Assembly: GCF_000017305.1 (NCBI RefSeq)
Contig: NC_009664.2
Location: 4,710,001-4,742,000, forward strand
Origin: Kineococcus radiotolerans SRS30216 = ATCC BAA-149
GTDB taxonomy: Bacteria > Actinomycetota > Actinomycetes > Actinomycetales > Kineococcaceae
DNA: 32,000 bases
Direction: 5' to 3'
How positions within the stretch are numbered: the stretch's first letter is position 1; the number at the start of each line of letters is the position of its first letter. A model generated the notes under the pieces. It made no database searches. It was not told the DNA's origin and saw nothing but the letters and a program-made list of their open reading frames with translations. Shown here piece after piece: positions 14,954 through 22,164 of the stretch. The translations under genes were made by a program, and so were the position numbers.

Positions 14954-14974
14954 TCAGCTCGAGGAGGCCTTCGT

Positions 14975-15448
14975 CTAAAGCTGGCCCAGGCGGGCTTGAG
15001 CGAGCGGGCGGATGCGGCGGGTGCGCCCGGAGTCGGCGAGGGCTCGTAGGTGCGGCGGTGAGTCGCTGTGGTGGGAGAGCTGGCGCTGGGTCCAGTCGTC
15101 GAGCTCGGCCAGGGACAGGGGCGTCTGCGGGTTCTGCTGCAGGTGCTTGAGGGTCAGCCACTGCTGGGCGCGGTGGTGGCAGTAGCTGTCGGCGGGGAAG
15201 AGGTCCTCGTGCTGTCGCAGCCAAGCGGTGAAGGACGCGGCGCTGGAGTGTTGCGCGGCGACGCGGTCGAGGTGGTCGACGGCGGCGGCGTCGCCGGCGA
15301 GCTGGTCGGGATCGTTGAGCGCTGCGGTGAGAGCGGCGTGGTCGTGGTCGGTGTCGACGCTGCGCAGTTGTTGCAGGTGGTGTTGGTAGGTGGCCACGTC
15401 GGGTGGCACGTCCTCGTCCGTCACTCTTTCAGCTTGCCTGACGGGCAC
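14975..15448 (-). CDS. Hypothetical helical protein
   Basis: 157-aa ORF from GTG 15448, which lies 12 nt from repeat R20. His/Gln-rich. No family recognised. Confidence 0.5.
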   Translation of the reverse strand: MPVRQAERVTDEDVPPDVATYQHHLQQLRSVDTDHDHAALTAALNDPDQLAGDAAAVDHLDRVAAQHSSAASFTAWLRQHEDLFPADSYCHHRAQQWLTLKHLQQNPQTPLSLAELDDWTQRQLSHHSDSPPHLRALADSGRTRRIRPLAQARLGQL

Positions 15449-15460
15449 GAGAGCCTCGAC

Positions 15461-15518
15461 ATCGCCTGATCAAGGTGCCCGCAACGTGCTGGCCAGCGGG
15501 ATGACCGTGACGTCGTCC
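15461..15518 (+). repeat. Array repeat R20
   Basis: atcgcctgatcaaggtgcccgcaacgtgctggccagcGGGATGACCgtgacgtcgtcc. Confidence 0.75.
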
Positions 15519-15571
15519 TGACCCACGTGCCGCCGTCACTTCGACGGTGCAGCCGGCCCGGTCACAAGTGT

Positions 15572-15913
15572 TCAACCCTCCATCGGAGGTGCCTCCTCAC
15601 CCGTCTTCCCGTCAACGACCCTGCGACCATCCAGGGGCTGCGACAGCACGACCTTCACGGGATCTTGGCAATCGTCGTCAGTGTCCCGCTTGGTCGAGAT
15701 TACGGTGATGACCACCTCGGCGTCGGACTCCTCCAGCGTGGTCTCGGGGTCTCCGTCGCAGGTGTCGACCCACAGGTTGAGTTCGTCGTCGGCGACGGAC
15801 CATCCCTCGATGCGCTGAGGACCCCTGCCTTCCCCGTCGGCGCAACCAGTGGCCAGGACAGCCAGCAGGCAGCCGCCCGCGAAGCGCATCAGACGAGGCC
15901 GCGTCGAGGTCAT
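15572..15913 (-). CDS. Putative lipoprotein
   Basis: 113 aa from ATG 15913. MTSTRPRLMRFAGGCLLAVLATG/C is a signal peptide with lipobox LATGC. The mature part is acidic. The longer six-frame ORF reads through repeat R21. Confidence 0.6.
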   Translation of the reverse strand: MTSTRPRLMRFAGGCLLAVLATGCADGEGRGPQRIEGWSVADDELNLWVDTCDGDPETTLEESDAEVVITVISTKRDTDDDCQDPVKVVLSQPLDGRRVVDGKTGEEAPPMEG

Positions 15914-15953
15914 CCGCAACGGTCTCAAGCTCGTGGCGTCAACGCAGCCGTCT

Positions 15954-16029
15954 CGCGGAATTCGACACGACCGCGAGTCACGACCGCCCCGGATCGCGCA
16001 CTGAGCGCGGGATGACCGTGAAGTCGTTG
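15954..16029 (+). repeat. Array repeat R21 (long form, GAATTCGACAC subfamily)
   Basis: cgcggaattcgacacgaccgcgagtcacgaccgccccggatcgcgcactgagcgcGGGATGACCgtgaagtcgttg. Confidence 0.85.
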
Positions 16030-16041
16030 AACTCTGGAGGA

Positions 16042-16454
16042 TCAGCGTGAGCGACGCCGATGCAGCCACCGACTGATCCGAGGGCCCCATCGCGACTCCT
16101 GACGAGCGCGTTGGGCAGCGAGCTCGGCGTTGACGAAGGCGTCGATGGCGGCCTGATTGGCGTCGGCCAGCTGAGGGCGCGTCTGCGCCAGGCGCGCTCT
16201 CAGCCCGGGCAGGTCGTAGAGGCCGGTAGGAGTGAACGCCACCCGCTCGTCCGCGCGGTGGACCTCTTGGACCTCGATGTGCAAGACCTCCGCGTCCTGG
16301 CTCCAAGCAACCTTCCCGTAGACGCCGTCAGTGACGTCGATAGCTTCCATCCAGGCCGCGGCGTCGGAGGGTCGGCAAAGACGAGGGGCTCACGGGTCTC
16401 GTCGAAGACGATGATGGCCCGGGCTGCTGGCGTCACCTGTTCATACTTGCTCAC
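16042..16454 (-). pseudogene. Hypothetical gene split by an apparent 1-nt frameshift
   Basis: ORF 16200..16454 (VSKYEQVTPAARAIIVFDETREPLVFADP...) and ORF 16042..16350 (MEAIDVTDGVYGKVAWSQDAEV...) overlap. The second frame is already open and sensible upstream (PSDAAAW-MEAID), so a 1-nt indel near 16363-16373 joins them into one about 137-aa protein. Confidence 0.45.
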
Positions 16455-16477
16455 GCGTCCGAGGCTGGAGTGCCGTT

Positions 16478-16509
16478 TCGCACGGACGGCGGGATGACCG
16501 GGAGGTCGT
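16478..16509 (+). repeat. Array repeat R22 (short form)
   Basis: tcgcacggacggcGGGATGACCgggaggtcg. Confidence 0.7.
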
Positions 16510-16574
16510 GACCTGAGTCCACATCTGTTCCACGACGTCAGTGCACGAACGGTAGTGTCCGTCGCGCGGTGGGC

Positions 16575-17051
16575 TCATCCACCTGCGCAGGTAGCAGCGG
16601 CGGCCGGGCTAGCGTCCCAGTAGTCGAACTGGTCAACGACATACTTGCCGTCATCGGTGGTGCTCATGTGGACGGCGGCGATGCGGGTGCCGCTCTCATC
16701 CAGTGCTTCGGTCTTGGTGGGGGATGCGAGCAGGGCCTCGATGGCGGCCAGGCGAGCTTCAGCGCCAGCAATTGCTTCGTCTCGTGCTGGTCCGCTGGGC
16801 TGGGTGCAGGTCTGCTCCAGGTAGGCCGTCTCCAGGTCTCGGTTCTCGATCAGCCAGTCCTCGACGCCGGTCACCGTCGTCGGACTGTTGTAGGCCGCGC
16901 CCATGAGGCACCCGGAGCTCGCATTGACCGCTGGCTGCTGGGTTGCGGCCTGCTCCGGAGGCGCGGAGCAGGCGGTGAGCAGGCCGGCGAAAACGGCCAG
17001 GCCGACACCAGTGTGCGCGGGCCGGCTCATGGCGCGTGGGGTAGTCCTCAT
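16575..17051 (-). CDS. Putative lipoprotein
   Basis: 158 aa from ATG 17051. MRTTPRAMSRPAHTGVGLAVFAGLLTA/C carries lipobox LLTAC. The longer six-frame ORF reads through repeat R23. Confidence 0.6.
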   Translation of the reverse strand: MRTTPRAMSRPAHTGVGLAVFAGLLTACSAPPEQAATQQPAVNASSGCLMGAAYNSPTTVTGVEDWLIENRDLETAYLEQTCTQPSGPARDEAIAGAEARLAAIEALLASPTKTEALDESGTRIAAVHMSTTDDGKYVVDQFDYWDASPAAAATCAGG

Positions 17052-17186
17052 ATCGACTCCGACGTGGCTAAGGAGCGGACGGCTCCCTCTGAGACAGGGG
17101 AGAACGAGAGCGTCACCCATGTGGATGCAGGGGGTGACTTCTTGACTGGTTGGCGGGTCGTTCACTCGGCCCGTGGACGTCACAAC

Positions 17187-17256
17187 ATCGACAAGGCCGT
17201 GACGTCGCGGGCCCCGGCGACAGCGCGCACAACGCGGGATGACCGGGAAGTCATGG
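17187..17256 (+). repeat. Array repeat R23 (long form)
   Basis: atcgacaaggccgtgacgtcgcgggccccggcgacagcgcgcacaacgcGGGATGACCgggaagtcatgg. Confidence 0.85.
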
Positions 17257-17431
17257 ACCCGCTCTGACCTGGGCGCCCACACCCGGTTCCCGACCACTCA
17301 CGATGGCGCCACGGGCGAGCGAGGGGTCTTCGATCTCGGCTGCTCCAGGCGATGGCACGTGGCGCCTGTCGCGGCGATGGCCAGCTCAGGGTGCGGTAGG
17401 AAGGGAGGGGGCTTAGAGGCCGCCCGTACCT

Positions 17432-17854
17432 ATGAGAGGAGTGCTTGCAAGGATGGCGATTCTGATGGTGGGCGTCGCTCAGCTGCCTCGTCACCTTGAG
17501 AAGAAGATCACGCCCAAGAACAAGCGGACACGACCGCCAGGTCGCATTCGCAAGCAGGTGATCCACGAAGAGGTGGACAACGCAGGCACTGACGACGGTC
17601 TGGCTACCTTCATTGAGCACTTCCGGCAGTGGCCTGCGGGAGTGGATCTTGGGGAGGTGCTCAGCTGGAACCCCTATGGGGCGACCCGGGTGTATGCGCC
17701 GGCTTCGCCGGAGGTTCTCCGGTTGCGGCAGGAGTTTGAGGCGGCTGTTCGTGTCGCACCTGCGGGCGTCATGCGGGAAGCCGTGGTGCGCGCGCTTGAG
17801 GTCGTCGAAGAGTGCCAGCGCAACGACTACTTCCTGCTCGTCTATCCCGACTGA
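17432..17854 (+). CDS. Hypothetical protein
   Basis: 140-aa ORF from ATG 17432. The Lys/Arg-rich N-terminal third has locally lower GC (about 57% in line 17461-17520). No family recognised. Confidence 0.5.
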   Translation: MRGVLARMAILMVGVAQLPRHLEKKITPKNKRTRPPGRIRKQVIHEEVDNAGTDDGLATFIEHFRQWPAGVDLGEVLSWNPYGATRVYAPASPEVLRLRQEFEAAVRVAPAGVMREAVVRALEVVEECQRNDYFLLVYPD

Positions 17855-17990
17855 TCATTGCAGGAGTGGGTGGAAGCCGCTCACATCCGGTGGGTCTTGT
17901 TCGTCAGCGCTGGCCCGGCAGGCGGGTTGCGGCTGGCTCACCAAGGTGCAGCAAGACGCACGGTTAGCGGTGATCATCACGATCCACGAT

Positions 17991-18069
17991 CGCGCGGAAT
18001 TCGACACGACCGCGGCGTTGCGGGCCGCCGGCGACAGCGCGCACAACGCGGGATGACCGTGAAGCCGAC
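17991..18069 (+). repeat. Array repeat R24 (long form, GAATTCGACAC subfamily)
   Basis: cgcgcggaattcgacacgaccgcggcgttgcgggccgccggcgacagcgcgcacaacgcGGGATGACCgtgaagccgac. Confidence 0.9.
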
Positions 18070-18176
18070 AACCTATCCAAGCGGCTGGTCAAGCAGGCGC
18101 CGATGAGTGGGTGCTGCTCCTGCAGCAGGGTGGCCTGCGGTGAACAATGGACACGGCTGCAGCGCCGCGGTAAGGG

Positions 18177-18362
18177 CTAGGGATCGGCTGGCAGGTGAGC
18201 TCTCCCGGGGAAGTGGTGCCGGGTCCGGCGGTGGTAAGAGCCGATGGTGTCGAGGTGTTTGGTGAGTCCTACGACTGATGCCGCAGTATGGATGACGGTT
18301 GCATCGGATCGCCCCCACTTGGTTGGGGCATGGCTGATGCCCGACCGCCCGTGCTCATCCAC
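18177..18362 (-). pseudogene. Possible remnant of an IS3-family transposase C-terminus
   Basis: The 61-aa ORF ends ...LDTIGSYHRRTRHHFPGRAHLPADP. This resembles the OrfB C-terminus of the intact IS in this window (WIEGTYHRRRRQQALGRLTPIEY). The upstream part is poorly alignable. Weak call. Confidence 0.3.
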
Positions 18363-18783
18363 CGTTGTTCGAGCCGGTCGACTTCACCGTCTGCCCCCGC
18401 CGTGATCGGCGGAGCGCAACGACGGAACACGTCAGGCCGGTGAGGAACGTGACGACGGCAAACGCGTTGGCCGCTACGACCATGAAGCCGAGGAGGATGA
18501 TCACGCCGAGGTTGTAGGACACCGCGTACCCCACGAGCCAGGCGACGGGCACGGAGCCGAGCAGCGTCACGGTGGCCATGAACGATACGTGCGCGACCAG
18601 GGCGGCTACGGGTCGTCGATCGGACCGGCGGATCAGTCTCAGCATGGCTACGATCCCGACGATCGAGGCGACCGCCACAGCGATCTGAGCGGGATAGGTG
18701 GCCGAGTAGTCGATCTGGCCTTCGTTAAGACTCAAGGGAGTCATTCGAAGATCATAAAGAGGGCTCACAGGCTGGACGTACAC
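18355..18783 (-). CDS. Integral membrane protein (about 4 TM helices)
   Basis: 142-aa ORF from GTG 18783, with AGGAG 5 nt upstream (18789-18793 on the - strand). Four long hydrophobic segments. Last gene of the sigma operon. Confidence 0.65.
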   Translation of the reverse strand: MYVQPVSPLYDLRMTPLSLNEGQIDYSATYPAQIAVAVASIVGIVAMLRLIRRSDRRPVAALVAHVSFMATVTLLGSVPVAWLVGYAVSYNLGVIILLGFMVVAANAFAVVTFLTGLTCSVVALRRSRRGQTVKSTGSNNGG

Positions 18784-19384
18784 GTAGGCTCCTGCGGCGG
18801 GAACGATCAGGCGGGCTGAGGCTCAGACCGGCTGAGCATGATCCACGCGACTGGACCACCCGATCTTGCTGCTCGGGTCGCAGGGGTTGAGTTTTCCGCC
18901 GGTCGCGCAGGTGATCCAGGTCCTCCACGCCGGCGGTGAGCAGGGCCGCGGGCTCACCGGAGCGGGCAGTGGCTGCCCCGGTGGTGGGCGCGGTCAGGGA
19001 TGCGCTCACGATGAGGTCTCTCACCCGAGCTGAGCCGGGGAGGTAGGACGGTGGCCCGCCGAGGTCGGCGGTCACCGCCCAGGACTGGTCCGCGCCGGGG
19101 GCGGTGAGGTTCACCGGCATCAGGTCCCTGGTCATCCTGCACGTCAGGGGACCGCTGGTGGCGGCGGCGTCGAACGTCGCCGCTTCGGTACCGGCCGGCC
19201 ATCCGGTGAACTGGAGGGTGACGGCGTCCTGGGTTGAGGTCTCCTCGGTCCACTGGAACGCGCGCCCGGCCACGCTGTACCCGGCCACGCTGTACTCGGC
19301 CACGTCGAGCAGATCAGCAGAGCCCCCAGCGCACCCCACCGGCGAAGCAAGAACGCCCCGTCGGGGTCCGCGGGTGTCGCTCAT
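18752..19384 (-). CDS. Hypothetical protein, paralogue of the C-terminal domain of the adjacent anti-sigma-like protein
   Basis: 210 aa. ATG 19384 overlaps the upstream stop (ATGA). GRAFQW...FDAAATSGPLTCR...APGADQSWAVTAD...GSARVRDLIV aligns with GRQITWW...FDALVANTGVCRF...VAGADQTWAAHTD...GAARVGDLIV of 19381..20454. Confidence 0.6.
   Translation of the reverse strand: MSDTRGPRRGVLASPVGCAGGSADLLDVAEYSVAGYSVAGRAFQWTEETSTQDAVTLQFTGWPAGTEAATFDAAATSGPLTCRMTRDLMPVNLTAPGADQSWAVTADLGGPPSYLPGSARVRDLIVSASLTAPTTGAATARSGEPAALLTAGVEDLDHLRDRRKTQPLRPEQQDRVVQSRGSCSAGLSLSPPDRSRRRSLRVRPACEPSL
18789..18793 (-). promoter_or_regulatory. Shine-Dalgarno AGGAG for the 18783 start
   Basis: The reverse complement of CTCCT at 18789-18793 is AGGAG, 5 nt upstream of GTG 18783. 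Confidence 0.5.
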
Positions 19385-20454
19385 CGTCCTTCGGCGGCCG
19401 GGAGCCCGCTGGCACGCAGGTCAGCGACCGCGGCCGTCAGCAAGGTGGTCAGTTCGCTGACCGCGTCCTGCGCGGGGTGCAGCACGGTGATGCCGACGAT
19501 GAGGTCCCCGACGCGGGCGGCGCCGGAGACGAAGGGCAGTCCGTTGCTGTCGGTGTGCGCGGCCCAGGTCTGGTCGGCTCCGGCGACGGTGATGGCGAAG
19601 GGTGTGGTCGGGTCGGTGAACCGGCAGACACCGGTGTTGGCGACGAGGGCGTCGAAGGCGATCGGTCCCCCGCCGGTGGCCCGGCCGGTGACGACCAGGT
19701 CCACGCTGGCCTGGTTCGGCCAGCGCTGGATCTCGTTCCACCAGGTGATTTGCCGCCCGGCCACCATCGGTGGGTCGAAGGGCCGTGAACTGCAGGCCTG
19801 CCCCATCACCGTCGGGCTCTTGGGGTACTGCCCGCGGTCGCCGAGGACCACTAGTCCGGCAGGCAGGGCTGCCCGGGTCCGTGTCATGTCGGGGATGTCG
19901 TAGGCGACGGGGACGTCCGGGTTGGCCAGCCCCACCGAGGAACCGGCTGTCGAGTCGACCGAAGGGGTGCTGGCTGGTGACTTGCTGAGGGTGGAAGTCC
20001 CCGCCGCCGTCTGCGCCGGAGTCTGCGCCGCGGTTGGTGCCGGGGTCTGGGTCGGGGTTCCGGTAGGTGTGGGCGTCAGCGAGGCCGCCGGGACGGTGCG
20101 CACGCTGGGCTCGGCGCTCCAGTGCAACCCTAGGGGGAGGGCGATGACAGCGGCCAGGGTGAAGGCGCCTGCGACGGCACGGGTGCGTCGGCGGTGCTGG
20201 ATGCGTCGGCGCAGCTGGTGGCGGGTGCCGGCGTGCAGGCTGGCCTCGTCAATGCGGCCGGCGTGGAGCTCCTCGTGCAGGGCGCTCTGCAGGTGGTGCT
20301 GCAGCTGGAGTAGGTCGTCGAGGTCAGCAAGCTCATCGTGGTCGGTGTCGGGGCGGTCGGTGTCGGCGCGGTCGGTGTTGGGGCGGTCGGTGTCGAGGTG
20401 GTCGGCGTCGTCCTCGCCGGGGGTGGGGTGCTGGTCACGAGGTCGCTGGGTCAT
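19381..20454 (-). CDS. Membrane protein, putative anti-sigma factor with extracytoplasmic domain
   Basis: 357 aa. Its start overlaps the ECF sigma stop by 4 nt. Acidic N-terminus with DTDRP-type pentapeptide repeats, one TM helix AVAGAFTLAAVIALPLGL, a Thr/Pro linker, and a C-terminal domain duplicated in the next gene. Confidence 0.65.
   Translation of the reverse strand: MTQRPRDQHPTPGEDDADHLDTDRPNTDRADTDRPDTDHDELADLDDLLQLQHHLQSALHEELHAGRIDEASLHAGTRHQLRRRIQHRRRTRAVAGAFTLAAVIALPLGLHWSAEPSVRTVPAASLTPTPTGTPTQTPAPTAAQTPAQTAAGTSTLSKSPASTPSVDSTAGSSVGLANPDVPVAYDIPDMTRTRAALPAGLVVLGDRGQYPKSPTVMGQACSSRPFDPPMVAGRQITWWNEIQRWPNQASVDLVVTGRATGGGPIAFDALVANTGVCRFTDPTTPFAITVAGADQTWAAHTDSNGLPFVSGAARVGDLIVGITVLHPAQDAVSELTTLLTAAVADLRASGLPAAEGR
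20341..20410. repeat. 15-bp tandem repeat (about 4.5 units) inside the CDS
   Basis: GTCGGTGTCGGGGCG / GTCGGTGTCGGCGCG / GTCGGTGTTGGGGCG / GTCGGTGTCGAGGTG / GTCGGCGTCG. On the - strand this encodes HLDTDRPNTDRADTDRPDTDH. Confidence 0.8.
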
Positions 20455-21020
20455 CGGGACTCCTTCGCGGCGTCGGTGTTGTGGTCCAGGAGGCGACGCA
20501 GGTTGCGCAGGCCGCGGTAGGCGTGGCTGCGGACGGTGGCTTGGGAGCAGTGCAGGAGGTTGGCGATCTCGGCGTCGGGCAGGCCTTCGTACAGGCGCAG
20601 GACGAGGGTGGCCCGTTGCGCGTCGGGTAGGCGGCGCAGCAACGTGAGGTAGTGCTGCCGGTCGCCGTAGCCGGCGCTGTCATCGAGGAGGGGAGCATCG
20701 GGCAGGTCGGCGGGGTCGCTGACCTGCTCGCGGCGCCAGGGGCGGCGGTGGTGGGAGACGACGGCGTTGACGACCATGCGGTTCAAGTAGGCCGAGGGGT
20801 CTTCGACGGCCTGGATGCGTGACCACTTCAGGACGCAGCGGGCCAGGACGTCCTGGACGACGTCCTCAGCTTGGTGGGGGTCTTTGAGCAGGCCGCGGGC
20901 GAGGCGGACCATCTCGGGGCCCTTCCAGGTGACCAGGGAGTCCAGGTCCCAGACCCCGGCTTGTGCCGGTTCAGGGCGCGAGGAGGCGTCGGCTCCGGCG
21001 GGACCTTGCGAACGTCTCAC
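20451..21020 (-). CDS. ECF-type sigma-70 family sigma factor (SigE-like subgroup)
   Basis: 189 aa from GTG 21020. Region 2 is AEDVVQDVLARCVLKW and region 4 is LPDAQRATLVLRLYEGLPDAEIANLLHCSQATVRSHAYRGLRNLR. Confidence 0.85.
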   Translation of the reverse strand: MRRSQGPAGADASSRPEPAQAGVWDLDSLVTWKGPEMVRLARGLLKDPHQAEDVVQDVLARCVLKWSRIQAVEDPSAYLNRMVVNAVVSHHRRPWRREQVSDPADLPDAPLLDDSAGYGDRQHYLTLLRRLPDAQRATLVLRLYEGLPDAEIANLLHCSQATVRSHAYRGLRNLRRLLDHNTDAAKESR

Positions 21021-21113
21021 ACTCTCCTAACGCTGCCCGGAAGCGGGCTGTTGCGGTTGGAAGGACTTCGTTTTGACGTCACTTCCGCTGTCGACTTCCG
21101 GCACCCCTGGGTC

Positions 21114-21182
21114 ATCGACAAGACCGCGACGTCGCCGGCCGCCAGCGACAGCGCACAACGCGGGATGACCGTGAAGTCGTAG
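21114..21182 (+). repeat. Array repeat R25 (long form; last clear copy)
   Basis: atcgacaagaccgcgacgtcgccggccgccagcgacagcgcacaacgcGGGATGACCgtgaagtcgtag. Confidence 0.9.
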
Positions 21183-21183
21183 A

Positions 21184-21241
21184 CCGGACGTGACCGCGCC
21201 CGGACGTGACCGCGCCCGGACGCGACCAGGCCGGACGTCGC
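21184..21241. repeat. 16-bp tandem repeat (about 3.5 units) immediately after R25
   Basis: CCGGACGTGACCGCGC (21184-21199) and CCGGACGTGACCGCGC (21200-21215), then CCGGACGCGACCAGG and CCGGACGTCGC. It shares TGACCGCG/GACGT with the repeat box. Confidence 0.8.
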
Positions 21242-21263
21242 TCCTCGCTCCGCCGCCTGGCTC

Positions 21264-21845
21264 TCAGCTGCCGTCTGGCTGGCAGAAGCGCAGGACGTTG
21301 CCGTAGGGGTCGATGACCTCCATGGTTGGCCCGCCGGGGAACTCGAGGTCCACGCCTGGTCGCAAGGGCGCGGCGGAGTGGGAGTGCAGCTCCGTGTGCA
21401 GGGCGTGGACGTCGGCCACCGCGATCCACACGACGCCGTGAGGACTGCCGTCACCGTGGTGCTCGGACAGGTGCAGGACCATCTGCCCGCGCGAGACCTG
21501 CACGTACAGCGGGAAGCCGGCCTCGAAGCGGTGTTCCCAGTCCAGGGTGAAGCCGAGGTAGTCCCGGTAGAAGCCCAACGCCACCTCCGCGGACATCACC
21601 CGCAGCACCGGGACGCCGGGGGCGAACGCCGGCGCCTGCGCGGGCGGCTGCACGGGTGCGGGCGCGGCCGCAGTGTGCGCGCCTGCCGTGGCGGCGAGGG
21701 TGTTCCAGTCCCGGGCGCCGTGCTGGTGGGCGATGAGTTCCAGCGCCAGGGAGTGGGGGACGTCGATGCCGGCGGCGGCCAGGTCGCTGCGCAGCAGCTT
21801 GGCCAGGTCCTTGGCACGGGCAACAGGGGTTGGGGGCGGGGTCAT
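21264..21845 (-). CDS. Glyoxalase/bleomycin-resistance superfamily protein with N-terminal helical domain
   Basis: 193 aa from ATG 21845. The N-terminus AKDLAKLLRSDLAAAGIDVPHSLALELIAHQHGARDWNTL is followed by a VOC domain: PVLRVMSAEVALGFYRDYLGFTLDWEHRF...YVQVSRGQMVLHLSEHHGD...MEVIDPYGNVLRF. Confidence 0.8.
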   Translation of the reverse strand: MTPPPTPVARAKDLAKLLRSDLAAAGIDVPHSLALELIAHQHGARDWNTLAATAGAHTAAAPAPVQPPAQAPAFAPGVPVLRVMSAEVALGFYRDYLGFTLDWEHRFEAGFPLYVQVSRGQMVLHLSEHHGDGSPHGVVWIAVADVHALHTELHSHSAAPLRPGVDLEFPGGPTMEVIDPYGNVLRFCQPDGS

Positions 21846-22020
21846 GGTGCGCCTTCCTGCGCGGCAGGTGCTGTGCCGGGTGCTCGCGTTGCCGGCTGCT
21901 GCCGCGTCCGGGAAGCCGCGGGAGGCTGGACCCAGCGGTGCATTCACCAGACCACCGAGGGGGCGCGAGCGGCAGGCTGCACCGAGCCACCAGCAGGGTA
22001 GCCACCGCCGCTGCGCCTGC

Positions 22021-22070
22021 CCAGATCGACGACCGCACAACATCCGCAGATCGACATGACCGCAAAATTG
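22021..22070 (+). repeat. Possible degenerate terminal copy of the array repeat (R26)
   Basis: ccagatcgacgaccgcacaacatccgcagatcgacATGACCGCaaaattg. It keeps ATCGAC-GACCGC, GCACAAC and ATGACCG in the right order, but the GCGGG core is lost. Confidence 0.3.
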
Positions 22071-22164
22071 CTGGAGGCAATGGTTGCGGTAGCTGCCGCT
22101 GAGCCTTGTCGGCGCTCGGGGACTCCTGACTGCCTATGGCGGGGTAGACGCTGTGGGGCCGACG

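Noticed and set aside
15895-15920. A reverse-oriented near-copy of the core (reverse complement GCGGATGACCTCGACGCGGCC) supplying ATG 15913 of the lipoprotein gene. It would be the only inverted copy.
   Set aside because: It has several mismatches and a missing G, and it lies inside a coding start. It is most simply a chance resemblance in GC-rich sequence.
1-22070. Classical integron with attC sites.
   Set aside because: There are no RYYYAAC / GTTRRRY core pairs. The flanking boxes are direct rather than inverted. Gene orientation is 13:13 rather than uniform, and no intI or attI lies in the window. It is kept only as an analogy in the main finding.
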